NCBI GenBank assembly: GCA_003056265.1
Contig: NBVN01000001.1
Coordinates: forward strand, 189,392-221,391
DNA length: 32,000 nucleotides
Direction: 5' to 3'
DNA from: Zestosphaera tikiterensis
Lineage (GTDB): Archaea > Thermoproteota > Thermoprotei_A > Sulfolobales > NBVN01
Shown here: piece by piece, positions 1 through 7,683 of the stretch
Position numbering within the stretch: the first letter of the stretch is position 1
Layout of the letters: each line of letters opens with the position of its first letter
Position numbers and translations under genes: made by a program
Notes under the pieces: generated by a model
Seen by the model: only the letters and a program-made list of their open reading frames with translations
What the model was told of the DNA's origin: nothing
Databases searched by the model: none

Positions 1-378
1 CAAGCACTTAGGGATGTTAAGGCGGCTCGCGATAGTGTTGATGATGGGAATTACGAGTGGAGTAGTTTTCAGTCACATCAAGCAGCTGAGAAGGCGTTGA
101 AGGCATTGCTTTACGCGCATGGGAGGAGTGCTTGGGGGCATGGCTTAGTAGAACTCCTAGATTATTTGAGGGAGGTTGAGGAGGTAGGTAGTGAGTTATA
201 TGTAGCTGCTAGAGAACTTGATAGGCACTACATACCGTCTAGGTACCCGAACGCTTTCGAGTCTGGATACCCGGGGCTCTACTACGATGAAGTAACTGCT
301 AGGAGAGCCCTAGATAGCGCTAAGCTCATAATTGATTGGGTGAGAACACGTTTGAGAAGTCTTGGATTAGCGCTGTAG
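1..378 (+). CDS. HEPN-domain protein, 5'-partial (reading frame open to window edge)
   Basis: Frame 1 is open from base 1 (QALRDVKAARDSVDDGNYEWSSFQSHQAAEKALKALLYAHG...). This is the typical HEPN helix pattern, followed by LDRHYIPSRYPNA (an R-x-x-x-x-x-RY type HEPN motif). It overlaps the MNT gene downstream. Confidence 0.75.
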   Translation, partial: QALRDVKAARDSVDDGNYEWSSFQSHQAAEKALKALLYAHGRSAWGHGLVELLDYLREVEEVGSELYVAARELDRHYIPSRYPNAFESGYPGLYYDEVTARRALDSAKLIIDWVRTRLRSLGLAL

Positions 379-746
379 AGGAGGCGGTGAAGAAGATCAG
401 GGAGAAGGTAGGGCTTGTGGAGGCAGTCATAGTCATCGGTTCCTGGAGCCGTAGTGGTGGAGGTGTGTGGAGCGATGTTGACGTACTCGTAGTTACCGAT
501 GAAGTAGAAGGTATGAACATCCTAGATAGGTTCGCTATAGCTTCCGAGCTCGACCTACGTAGGGTGGACGTATTCATGTACAGTTACAGTGAGTTAGAGT
601 CCATGGCTAGGAAAGGCAATCCCCTAGCACTATCAGCACTCATAGAAGGGGTTAAGCTGATTTCAAGTAGAAGGGTAGATGAGTTAGCAAGGCGCATATC
701 CAAGCACTACATCAGGATAGGGAGGATGTGGAAAGCCGTAGACTGA
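336..746 (+). CDS. Minimal nucleotidyltransferase (MNT) domain protein, partner of the HEPN protein
   Basis: Contains the motif IGSWSRSGGGVWSDVDVLVV (GS-x-RG...SD-x-D). The track start is TTG at 336. An in-frame GTG at 387 follows GGAGG (378-385) and the HEPN stop, and is a plausible alternative start. Confidence 0.8.
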   Translation: MGENTFEKSWISAVEEAVKKIREKVGLVEAVIVIGSWSRSGGGVWSDVDVLVVTDEVEGMNILDRFAIASELDLRRVDVFMYSYSELESMARKGNPLALSALIEGVKLISSRRVDELARRISKHYIRIGRMWKAVD

Positions 747-1438
747 AAGAAGAGAAATGACTCCAGAGGCTTGCTCTCTAGAGCGATCGACAAGCTGTGG
801 ATATATAGTCGCAACCTGTTCTGTATAATTCCTCGGTATTCTTAAATGTTTTAATTACTTTCTGTATACTCTTAAGTTTATGTGTTGGTTGAGTGGTTTT
901 GTTTGGTGTTGGTGAGGGGTTTATCCACCTATAGGGTAGGTGGATCCCTGAGGTAGTATCGTAGAGATTAGGGGAGAGAGTGGGTAAGCGTGTGCGGGGG
1001 TGCTTGGGTCACCCCTAAGAGCCTCTGCTGTGAAGGATGAAGCCAGACAGAGCAGAGGAACAAAACATGAGGGGATGAAGAAAGTGATTAGGGAAATCGT
1101 TCAGACCGAACCCTTAATGTATCAGTGTACCGGAACTAATATATGACCCTCCCCCGCTTTTAAAGGCGGGATTTTCGCTGCTGGGTCTTGAGCGATACCC
1201 CTCTCCTTAAGGGAGTTACGGGACACCACCAATCATCGACCTTTAGATGATCTCAAGGCTTCGTGTGGGAGGCATTATGTAGGTTGCGTGTATGCTTTAG
1301 TTGATATTGCTTAAGTTTTACCTCCTACACATCAGCATTATCGCCGAGAATAAATTAGAAGCAATTACATAAAAACCTTCCCATTCCCGTCATAAATAGC
1401 GAAGCCTCAAATAAGTTGGTGAAGTTTAAAATGCTGGC
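747..1438. other. Unassigned 692-nt ORF-free tract between convergent genes, with several stable hairpins
   Basis: No ORF of 60 aa or more in any frame. Hairpins: 923-945 (9-bp stem), 997-1015 (6 bp), 1022-1058 (8 bp), 1153-1170 (5 bp, followed by ATTTT). Confidence 0.4.
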
Positions 1439-2173
1439 TTAAACGGGTTTTGTTAGGAAGCCATTCCTTCTTAGGAAGTCTATCGCAATGTTAACTACTT
1501 CATCTTCCTTACCTTTAAGTAGATGCCCACCGCCGCGGATTATATGGAGTTCTGCTGTGAAGCCCTTCTCCAAGAGTTTCTTAAGCAGTAATTGCGACTG
1601 CTCTAAAGGTACCATAGTGTCTGAATCGCCGTGGATTATGAGTATATAGCCTGTCATCCTATCCACGTATGTTATCGGGCTGGATAGCTCGTATATGTCT
1701 TTACTTTCTTCCGGCGTTCCTATAGAGGATTTGACTAGATCTGCTACGTACCTTTGCGGGGTCCCCTTCTCAAACTTCGACAGGAAGTAGTATAGGTGGG
1801 CTAAGTCAACCCATCCAGCCACGTCAATAACGAAGGAGACCTTCTCCTGAGTTGAGGTAAGTAACGCTATCGTACCACCTAACGAAACACCGAATAAACC
1901 CACTCTAATCGGGTCTACGTTATCCAACGTTTTAATTTTCTTAAGTGCGTTAACAGCTACGTAAACTCCGTCGCTAGCGTCCGTATATTTAGGTGCTAAA
2001 GCTACGAAACCGTTCTCAGCGAATTTCCTAGCGAAAACTTCAACGTCGTCCGGCGTTTGATTAAACGCATGTAAGACAACTACCCCCGGGTATCTACCCG
2101 GTTCCTTAGGCGTTACGGTATAGCCTATCATATCCGTTAATTTAGCCTTAACCACTTCATGCCTAAGCAACAT
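1439..2173 (-). CDS. Alpha/beta hydrolase, dienelactone hydrolase / S9-peptidase-like
   Basis: Nucleophile elbow GVSLGG, acid motif IHGDSDTMVP, and histidine motif RGGGHLL. ATG at 2173 lies 8 nt after GGAGGG. Confidence 0.7.
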   Translation of the reverse strand: MLLRHEVVKAKLTDMIGYTVTPKEPGRYPGVVVLHAFNQTPDDVEVFARKFAENGFVALAPKYTDASDGVYVAVNALKKIKTLDNVDPIRVGLFGVSLGGTIALLTSTQEKVSFVIDVAGWVDLAHLYYFLSKFEKGTPQRYVADLVKSSIGTPEESKDIYELSSPITYVDRMTGYILIIHGDSDTMVPLEQSQLLLKKLLEKGFTAELHIIRGGGHLLKGKEDEVVNIAIDFLRRNGFLTKPV

Positions 2174-2585
2174 TTAAACCGCCCTCCGAAATAGTTAAAT
2201 ATTTGGTAGGTAATTATAGTTCTTGGTGGTTAGATCTCACCTCGGATGTGGAGGGAAGGTGGGTAAAGCTCCGAAGGAGGTGGGTGTGAAGCCCTAGGCT
2301 TAAGATGTGTGGTTTCCCCTAAAGCTCGAGCGCCCCCATCACGTGGTGATTAAGGAGGTGATCCCTTGGTGGGGGACGCAAATGAGGGCTTTAGGCGGGG
2401 TTGCCACGAATGGGGGTGAGGGCTGTAATATGCCACCGATGAACTCAAGAGGTGGCTGAACCTAATGAACCCCAAAGCCTACATAGGCTTACAAATGCCT
2501 ATGTAGGCTAAACCCCTATTTCTAATATGTGTTTGGTAAAGTTAAATAACTCTATGTTTTAAGTTGTAAACAAGGATGGTGTGCT
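2174..2585. other. Unassigned 412-nt divergent intergenic region, G-rich on the + strand
   Basis: No ORF of 60 aa or more. Repeated GGGG/GGGGG runs. Contains the 13-bp inverted repeat listed separately. Confidence 0.4.
2476..2509. repeat. Perfect 13-bp inverted repeat with 8-nt spacer (AGCCTACATAGGC-TTACAAAT-GCCTATGTAGGCT)
   Basis: Read directly from the sequence. Arm 2476-2488 is the exact reverse complement of arm 2497-2509. It sits ~77 nt upstream of the ZIP transporter start. Confidence 0.9.
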
Positions 2586-3356
2586 ATGCTTGAGGGGTTA
2601 GTTACCGAGAGTTTGTTGGTTAGGATCTCGTTAATTGCTTTAATACCTTTCGCAGCAACTGTTTTCGGGTCTTTAATCATATTTGTAAACTATAGGTTTG
2701 GTGAGGTGGGGTTAGATTTCGGGTTGGGGTTTGCGGCCGGGGTTATGATTTACGTGACTTTCGTTAATCTTTTAATACCTTCTATAGACTACGGCGGTAT
2801 AGTTAATTCCTTAACAGGGTTTGCGGTGGGTGTTGCTTTAGTTAAGGTTTTAGATGTTTTAATACCTCATACGAGACTTATTAGGGCTCCAGGCGGGTCT
2901 AAAGACCGTAGAGCAGTAGCTAGGGTTGTTTTAATTGCTTTAGCTATAGCGATTCACAACATACCTGAGGGTCTTGCCGTAGGTAGTTCCTCCGTATACA
3001 GCTTAAGCGATGGATTCGCTGTTTCCTTAGCTATAGCGCTTCAAGACGTTCCTGAAGGGCTTGCCGTAGCTGTTCCCGTAGCTAACTACAGTAAGTCAGC
3101 TTTTAAAGGGTTTTTAGTGGGTGCTTTCAGCGGTTTTACGGAGTACTTAGCTGCTTTCATAGCTTTAGTGGCTGTCTTAGATTATGAGATCTTAACCCCG
3201 TTTATGATGGCTGTCTCGGCTGGAGCTATGGTTTATATCGTGATTCATGAGATAGTTCCGGAGGTTTTCGGTCATGAGCATGACGAACCAGCAACGCTTG
3301 GTTTCTTCTTAGGGTTGTTGTTGGTTATGGTGTTGAGTTCTTCAGGTTATGTTTAA
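2586..3356 (+). CDS. ZIP-family divalent metal transporter (ZupT/GufA-like)
   Basis: Polytopic hydrophobic protein with two signature motifs, HNIPEGLAVG and QDVPEGLAVA, and a C-terminal HEIVPE. ATG at 2586. Confidence 0.8.
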   Translation: MLEGLVTESLLVRISLIALIPFAATVFGSLIIFVNYRFGEVGLDFGLGFAAGVMIYVTFVNLLIPSIDYGGIVNSLTGFAVGVALVKVLDVLIPHTRLIRAPGGSKDRRAVARVVLIALAIAIHNIPEGLAVGSSSVYSLSDGFAVSLAIALQDVPEGLAVAVPVANYSKSAFKGFLVGAFSGFTEYLAAFIALVAVLDYEILTPFMMAVSAGAMVYIVIHEIVPEVFGHEHDEPATLGFFLGLLLVMVLSSSGYV

Positions 3357-3393
3357 TCTTATATTTATCTATAGTGTAGTATGAGGTGTTGAC

Positions 3394-4128
3394 TTGACTG
3401 AAGCTAAACGCGTTAAAGACGAGGTTAGGAAACGGATATGGGATTTAATGGTTGAGTTAGGCATTGCTACATTCCCTAAACCACCGCATGGTAGGATACC
3501 TAACTTTATAGGTGCTGATTTAGCAGCTGGTAAAGTATTCAACACCGATTTATGGAGGGAAAGCAAGGTCGTTGAAGTCTCTCCAGACAGCCCTCAAAGA
3601 CCTGTAAGGTATAGAGCTCTTTTAGAAGGTAAAACCCTACTTATGCCCACACCAAAGCTTAAGGAAGGCTTCCTTATTTTAAACCCCAACGAAATCCCTA
3701 AAAACGCTTTAAACGAAGCATCAACAATAGGCGGGGCTTTTAAATACGGTATACTCGCCTCAGACATTAAAACATTAAGTAGGTTAGGTAAAGTCGACTT
3801 AATAATCACCGGTTCAGTTGCGGTAGACATCTACGGAACTAGATTAGGTAAAGGCGGGGGTTATTCAGACCTGGAGTACGCAGTCTTAAAAGAGTTGAAG
3901 CTCGTAGACGAAAACACACCAATAATCACTACAGTACACGATATTCAACTAATTAAAGATAAACTACCTAGGGAGAAACATGACGTGCCGGTAGACCTAA
4001 TAGCAACCCCCACCAAACTCCATAAAGCTTTAGAGCCGACGCCGAAACCTAAAGGCCTATACAAAGACTTACTCAACGACGAAACTAAGAATATACGCAT
4101 AATAAAGCAGTTAACAACGCTTAAGTAA
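3394..4128 (+). CDS. 5-formyltetrahydrofolate cyclo-ligase family protein
   Basis: RLGKGGGYSDLEY resembles the G-x-GKG-YYD motif of the MTHFS family, and the length is ~240 aa. TTG start at 3394 lies 5 nt after GAGGTG. Confidence 0.6.
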   Translation: MTEAKRVKDEVRKRIWDLMVELGIATFPKPPHGRIPNFIGADLAAGKVFNTDLWRESKVVEVSPDSPQRPVRYRALLEGKTLLMPTPKLKEGFLILNPNEIPKNALNEASTIGGAFKYGILASDIKTLSRLGKVDLIITGSVAVDIYGTRLGKGGGYSDLEYAVLKELKLVDENTPIITTVHDIQLIKDKLPREKHDVPVDLIATPTKLHKALEPTPKPKGLYKDLLNDETKNIRIIKQLTTLK

Positions 4129-4206
4129 GTGAACGCCATTTAATCATAAAAACTTCACTACATATAGAATTTACTTGGCATACGGTAAAAATCTGACGTA
4201 GAAGCT

Positions 4207-4217
4207 AAAGTTTATTA
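4207..4217 (+). promoter_or_regulatory. Candidate BRE/TATA element (AAAGTTTATTA) for the ABC-transporter operon
   Basis: AT-rich box 26 nt upstream of the GTG at 4243. An identical 11-mer occurs at 7651-7661 upstream of the binding-protein gene. Confidence 0.45.
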
Positions 4218-4242
4218 GGAGTTTGGCATTAAAGTTCTGTAG

Positions 4243-5139
4243 GTGATTGGAGTGGCTGACCCTGGATACTTAGCTTTTTACATAGCTACCGGACTCTTAC
4301 TAGGTACTTTCTACGGCTTAGCTACAGTAGGCCTTAGCTTTACATTCGGTATATTGAAGATACTTAACAGCGGCCACGGTAGCTTCATAATGATTGGTGC
4401 TTACGTTAGTTACTGGAGTTTCGTAATTTTAGGTTTACCTCCTCTGGTATCGGCTCTCTTGGCTTTTTTAATAGGTTTTATGTTAGGTCTTGGTTTATAT
4501 TACGGCATAGTATCACGCATACTTGGAGGACCTGAACTCATTTCCCTCGTTTTGATGTTTGCTATGGGGATATTACTGCAGGAATTCGCTAAGTTTGTCT
4601 GGACCCCCACGATCAGAGGGTTTACGTGGGATCTCGGTCGCGTAAGTCTCTTTGGGTATGCGTACCCCACAACGCGTATCGTTGGCGGTGTGGTAAGCGC
4701 GGTAATAGCCTTAGGTCTTTACATATTCCTCTATAGAACGAAAGTCGGAAGAGCTATAAGAAGTGTCGTGGAAAGTGCTGAAGGAGCGACTTTATGCGGG
4801 GTTAACGTTAATAGGATTTATGCCATTAGCTTGGCGATAGCTTTAGGGTTAACAATCGCAAGCGGTGGTTTAGCAACTCTTTATGTTTCAGGAGGTATAG
4901 AACCTTACATGGGTGATCCATACACAACTAGGGCTTTCGCCATAGCAGTTTTAGGAGGTCTTACATCACCGTTTGGTGCGTTCATCGCAGGCCTACTCTT
5001 CGGAGTTATAGAGAATCTCTCCTACGTTTTACTCTCACTAACCAACGTGGCCAATCCATTCTCTATGACTAGGTTTATAGCCTTCGCTATGATTTTAGTT
5101 GTGTTGTTAGTTAGGCCTCAAGGAATTATGAGGAGGTGA
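4243..5139 (+). CDS. livH: Branched-chain amino acid ABC transporter permease (LivH family)
   Basis: Multi-TM protein in the first position of a permease-permease-ATPase-ATPase-binding protein set. GTG at 4243, or in-frame GTG at 4252. The symbol is family-level only. Confidence 0.85.
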   Translation: MIGVADPGYLAFYIATGLLLGTFYGLATVGLSFTFGILKILNSGHGSFIMIGAYVSYWSFVILGLPPLVSALLAFLIGFMLGLGLYYGIVSRILGGPELISLVLMFAMGILLQEFAKFVWTPTIRGFTWDLGRVSLFGYAYPTTRIVGGVVSAVIALGLYIFLYRTKVGRAIRSVVESAEGATLCGVNVNRIYAISLAIALGLTIASGGLATLYVSGGIEPYMGDPYTTRAFAIAVLGGLTSPFGAFIAGLLFGVIENLSYVLLSLTNVANPFSMTRFIAFAMILVVLLVRPQGIMRR

Positions 5140-6140
5140 TATCCATGGATTTTAAGAAGTATTACCCGTTAATACCTATGTTCATTATCTCCGTAATTCT
5201 ATTAGCTGTTAGGTTAGCAGCCCCCGAGCTTTCACAGATAGTTTCATTAGCTCTTTTCTATGTAGCGTTAGGCGAAGCTTTCAACATATTTACTGGATTG
5301 ACTCTATACGTCTGCTTTGGTTACGTAGCTTTCGTTGCTTTAGGCATGTATGGAAGTGGCCTAGCCTTAAAGTATATCCTCGCTACTTCAAACCCACCTT
5401 TAGTGACTACAATTCTCTTTAGTTTTGCCGTAGCCGGGTTTTTCGCTTTTATACTTGCGTTAGTCGTGGGGTCTATAGGGTTGAGGTTGAGAGGGGCGTT
5501 CTTCGCCATCGCTACGGTAGGACTTAGTGAAGGACTTAAGAACTTCATAGAAGGTACTGGTATATGGGGAGGTAGTAGCGGGCTTATAATAGCTGGGGAT
5601 TTAATAAGTTCTTACGGGCATGAGACGTACGTCTTCGTATCAACGGAGTTAGCAGATTATTTAATGTTTGCTGTTTATGTATTGTCGTTGCTCGTCATGT
5701 TTTTAATTACGAAGTCTAGATTCGGCTATGGATTAACAGCTTTAAAAGAAGATGAAGACGTAGCTAACGTGATGGGTGTGAATACCGTAAGGTATAAATT
5801 AATGACGTTCGTCATTAGCGCTGCTCTTGCCGGCATGATAGGAGCTACTAAAATGCTTAAAGACCTGGTTATATATCCTCCCCAGGCTTTCGCTATATCC
5901 TACACCGTTGAAGCAATAGTTATAACAATGCTTGGAGGGTTAGGAACGGTTACAGGGCCTGTAATAGGTGGTTTGGTTTACAGCATTTTGAAGTACATGC
6001 TTACAGTTAGTTTTCCAGGGCTCCAGCTGTTAATCCTAGCACCCGTGCTTATAGCCGTTTGTGTCTTGTTCCCCTACGGCATCGTTGGATGGGTTAAGAG
6101 GAGGTTTAGGGGGACGCTCATTGATTACCTCCTTGTTTAG
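5136..6140 (+). CDS. livM: Branched-chain amino acid ABC transporter permease (LivM family)
   Basis: Multi-TM protein with LKEDEDVANVMGVN (the LivM-type motif after the cytoplasmic loop). GTG at 5136 overlaps the livH stop. In-frame ATG at 5145, 6 nt after GGAGGTGA, is probably the real start. Confidence 0.85.
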   Translation: MISMDFKKYYPLIPMFIISVILLAVRLAAPELSQIVSLALFYVALGEAFNIFTGLTLYVCFGYVAFVALGMYGSGLALKYILATSNPPLVTTILFSFAVAGFFAFILALVVGSIGLRLRGAFFAIATVGLSEGLKNFIEGTGIWGGSSGLIIAGDLISSYGHETYVFVSTELADYLMFAVYVLSLLVMFLITKSRFGYGLTALKEDEDVANVMGVNTVRYKLMTFVISAALAGMIGATKMLKDLVIYPPQAFAISYTVEAIVITMLGGLGTVTGPVIGGLVYSILKYMLTVSFPGLQLLILAPVLIAVCVLFPYGIVGWVKRRFRGTLIDYLLV

Positions 6141-6142
6141 GG

Positions 6143-6886
6143 GTGAGTAGTGTGAGCGAGGAGTTATTAAAGCTTCAGGAAATCTCAAAAAGTTTCGGCG
6201 GTATTAGAGCCCTTAAGAATGTGAGCTTAACGATCTCTATTGGTGAGAGGTTAGCTATAATAGGTCCTAACGGCGCTGGAAAAACAACACTCTTTAACGT
6301 GATAAACGGCGTTTACAAGCCGGATACCGGTAGAGTATTCTTCGCTAATGTTGACGTAACAGACCTGCCGGCTTTTAAAAGGACGCGAATGGGTATGGCT
6401 AGAGCTTTCCAGATACCGAGGCCTTTTCCTACAATGAGCGTTTTAGATAATGTCATGGTTAGCGCTTTATTCGCTGGCAAGTTTAAGAGCGTTGGAGAAG
6501 CTAGAGAAAGAGCTGATGAAGTTCTTGAATTAGTTGGTCTTGCCAACAAAAAGCATGAGTTAGCCGTTAACTTAACCTCACCTGAGAAGAAGTTGCTGGA
6601 GTTAGCTAGGGCTTTAGCACCTAAACCAAAGCTCTTACTACTTGATGAAATAGTCGCTGGAATACCCCCTGCCGAAGTCGATAGGATAATGTTGTTAGTT
6701 AGGAACGTATCTGAGAAGGAAAATATAGCCGTAGTTGCCTTAGTAGAGCATGTTATGAGAGTTTTAAAATACGTTGAGAGAGTGATTTTCTTGCATGAAG
6801 GCCGGGTGCTTATGGATGATAAACCTGAGAAAGTCCTTAGCAGCGAGACCGTGAAAAACATATATCTGGGGAGGATTTATGACTGA
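6143..6886 (+). CDS. livG: ABC transporter ATP-binding protein (LivG family)
   Basis: Walker A GPNGAGKTT, FGGIRALKNVSL, ABC signature region, Walker B LLLLDE. Confidence 0.9.
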   Translation: MSSVSEELLKLQEISKSFGGIRALKNVSLTISIGERLAIIGPNGAGKTTLFNVINGVYKPDTGRVFFANVDVTDLPAFKRTRMGMARAFQIPRPFPTMSVLDNVMVSALFAGKFKSVGEARERADEVLELVGLANKKHELAVNLTSPEKKLLELARALAPKPKLLLLDEIVAGIPPAEVDRIMLLVRNVSEKENIAVVALVEHVMRVLKYVERVIFLHEGRVLMDDKPEKVLSSETVKNIYLGRIYD

Positions 6887-7607
6887 AGGTAAAGTTCTTA
6901 AACTAGAAAACATTGAAACGGGATATAGAGGCGTTCAAGTACTTTGGGGTGTAAACGTAGATGTGGGCCCTAAAGAGATAGTTGCTGTGTTAGGTCCTAA
7001 CGGTGCTGGAAAAACAACACTTATGAAAGCTACGATGGGTTTCCTAAAAGTTTGGAAGGGCTCCATAATCTTCTTAGGTAGGGACATAACGAAGATACCT
7101 AGTCACGAAAGAGTTAAGCTAGGCATAACGTTAGTACCTGAAGGCAGGAGTATATTTCCTAATATGACTGTAGAAGAGAATTTAATGATGGGGGCATACA
7201 TGTATAATATCAAGAAAGACCATAGAGTTATCGAGATGTTGGAAGTCGTGTACAACTTATTCCCTATACTACAGGAGAGACGTAGTCAAAAAGCCGGTAC
7301 TTTAAGTGGAGGTCAACAGCAGATGCTTGCCATAGGGAGAGCCTTAATGACCAACCCAAAGATACTCTTGCTGGATGAACCAACTTTAGGGCTCGCGCCA
7401 AAGCTCGCCGGTGAAGTGCTTAATACCGTAGCTAAGCTTCGTGACGAGTTAGGACTGTCTATACTGCTTGTTGAAGAGAAAGTTCTGTTAGCTACGAACA
7501 TAGCAGATAGGATTTACATAATGAATCAAGGCAGAATTGAACATGAATTCCTGAAAGAAGACCTTACTAAAAAAGAGGAAATTCTTCAGAAGTATATAGG
7601 ATTTTAG
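6879..7607 (+). CDS. livF: ABC transporter ATP-binding protein (LivF family)
   Basis: Walker A GPNGAGKTT, signature LSGGQQQ, Walker B ILLLDEP. ATG at 6879 overlaps the livG stop and follows GGGGAGG. Confidence 0.9.
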   Translation: MTEGKVLKLENIETGYRGVQVLWGVNVDVGPKEIVAVLGPNGAGKTTLMKATMGFLKVWKGSIIFLGRDITKIPSHERVKLGITLVPEGRSIFPNMTVEENLMMGAYMYNIKKDHRVIEMLEVVYNLFPILQERRSQKAGTLSGGQQQMLAIGRALMTNPKILLLDEPTLGLAPKLAGEVLNTVAKLRDELGLSILLVEEKVLLATNIADRIYIMNQGRIEHEFLKEDLTKKEEILQKYIGF

Positions 7608-7650
7608 GAATTATGAGTAAACTTTAGTACTATCTAATATTGAAATCTAA

Positions 7651-7661
7651 AAAGTTTATTA
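7651..7661 (+). promoter_or_regulatory. Candidate BRE/TATA element (AAAGTTTATTA) for the binding-protein gene
   Basis: Same 11-mer as at 4207-4217. It lies 23 nt upstream of the GTG at 7684, spacing consistent with a leaderless or short-leader transcript. Confidence 0.4.
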
Positions 7662-7683
7662 ACCAGAGAATAACATCAAACAT

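Noticed and set aside
900-1260. Possible RNase P RNA or SRP RNA, suggested by GGGTAAGCG...TAAGAGC and ACAGAGCAGAGGAACAAAAC, which faintly resemble the J11/12 and J12/13 regions of RNase P
   Set aside because: The universally conserved P4 elements (GGAAAGUCC-like CR-I and ACAGAAnnnnGGCUUA CR-V) are absent. The order of the similar segments is wrong, and no SRP helix-8 motif is seen. It remains only an unassigned structured region.
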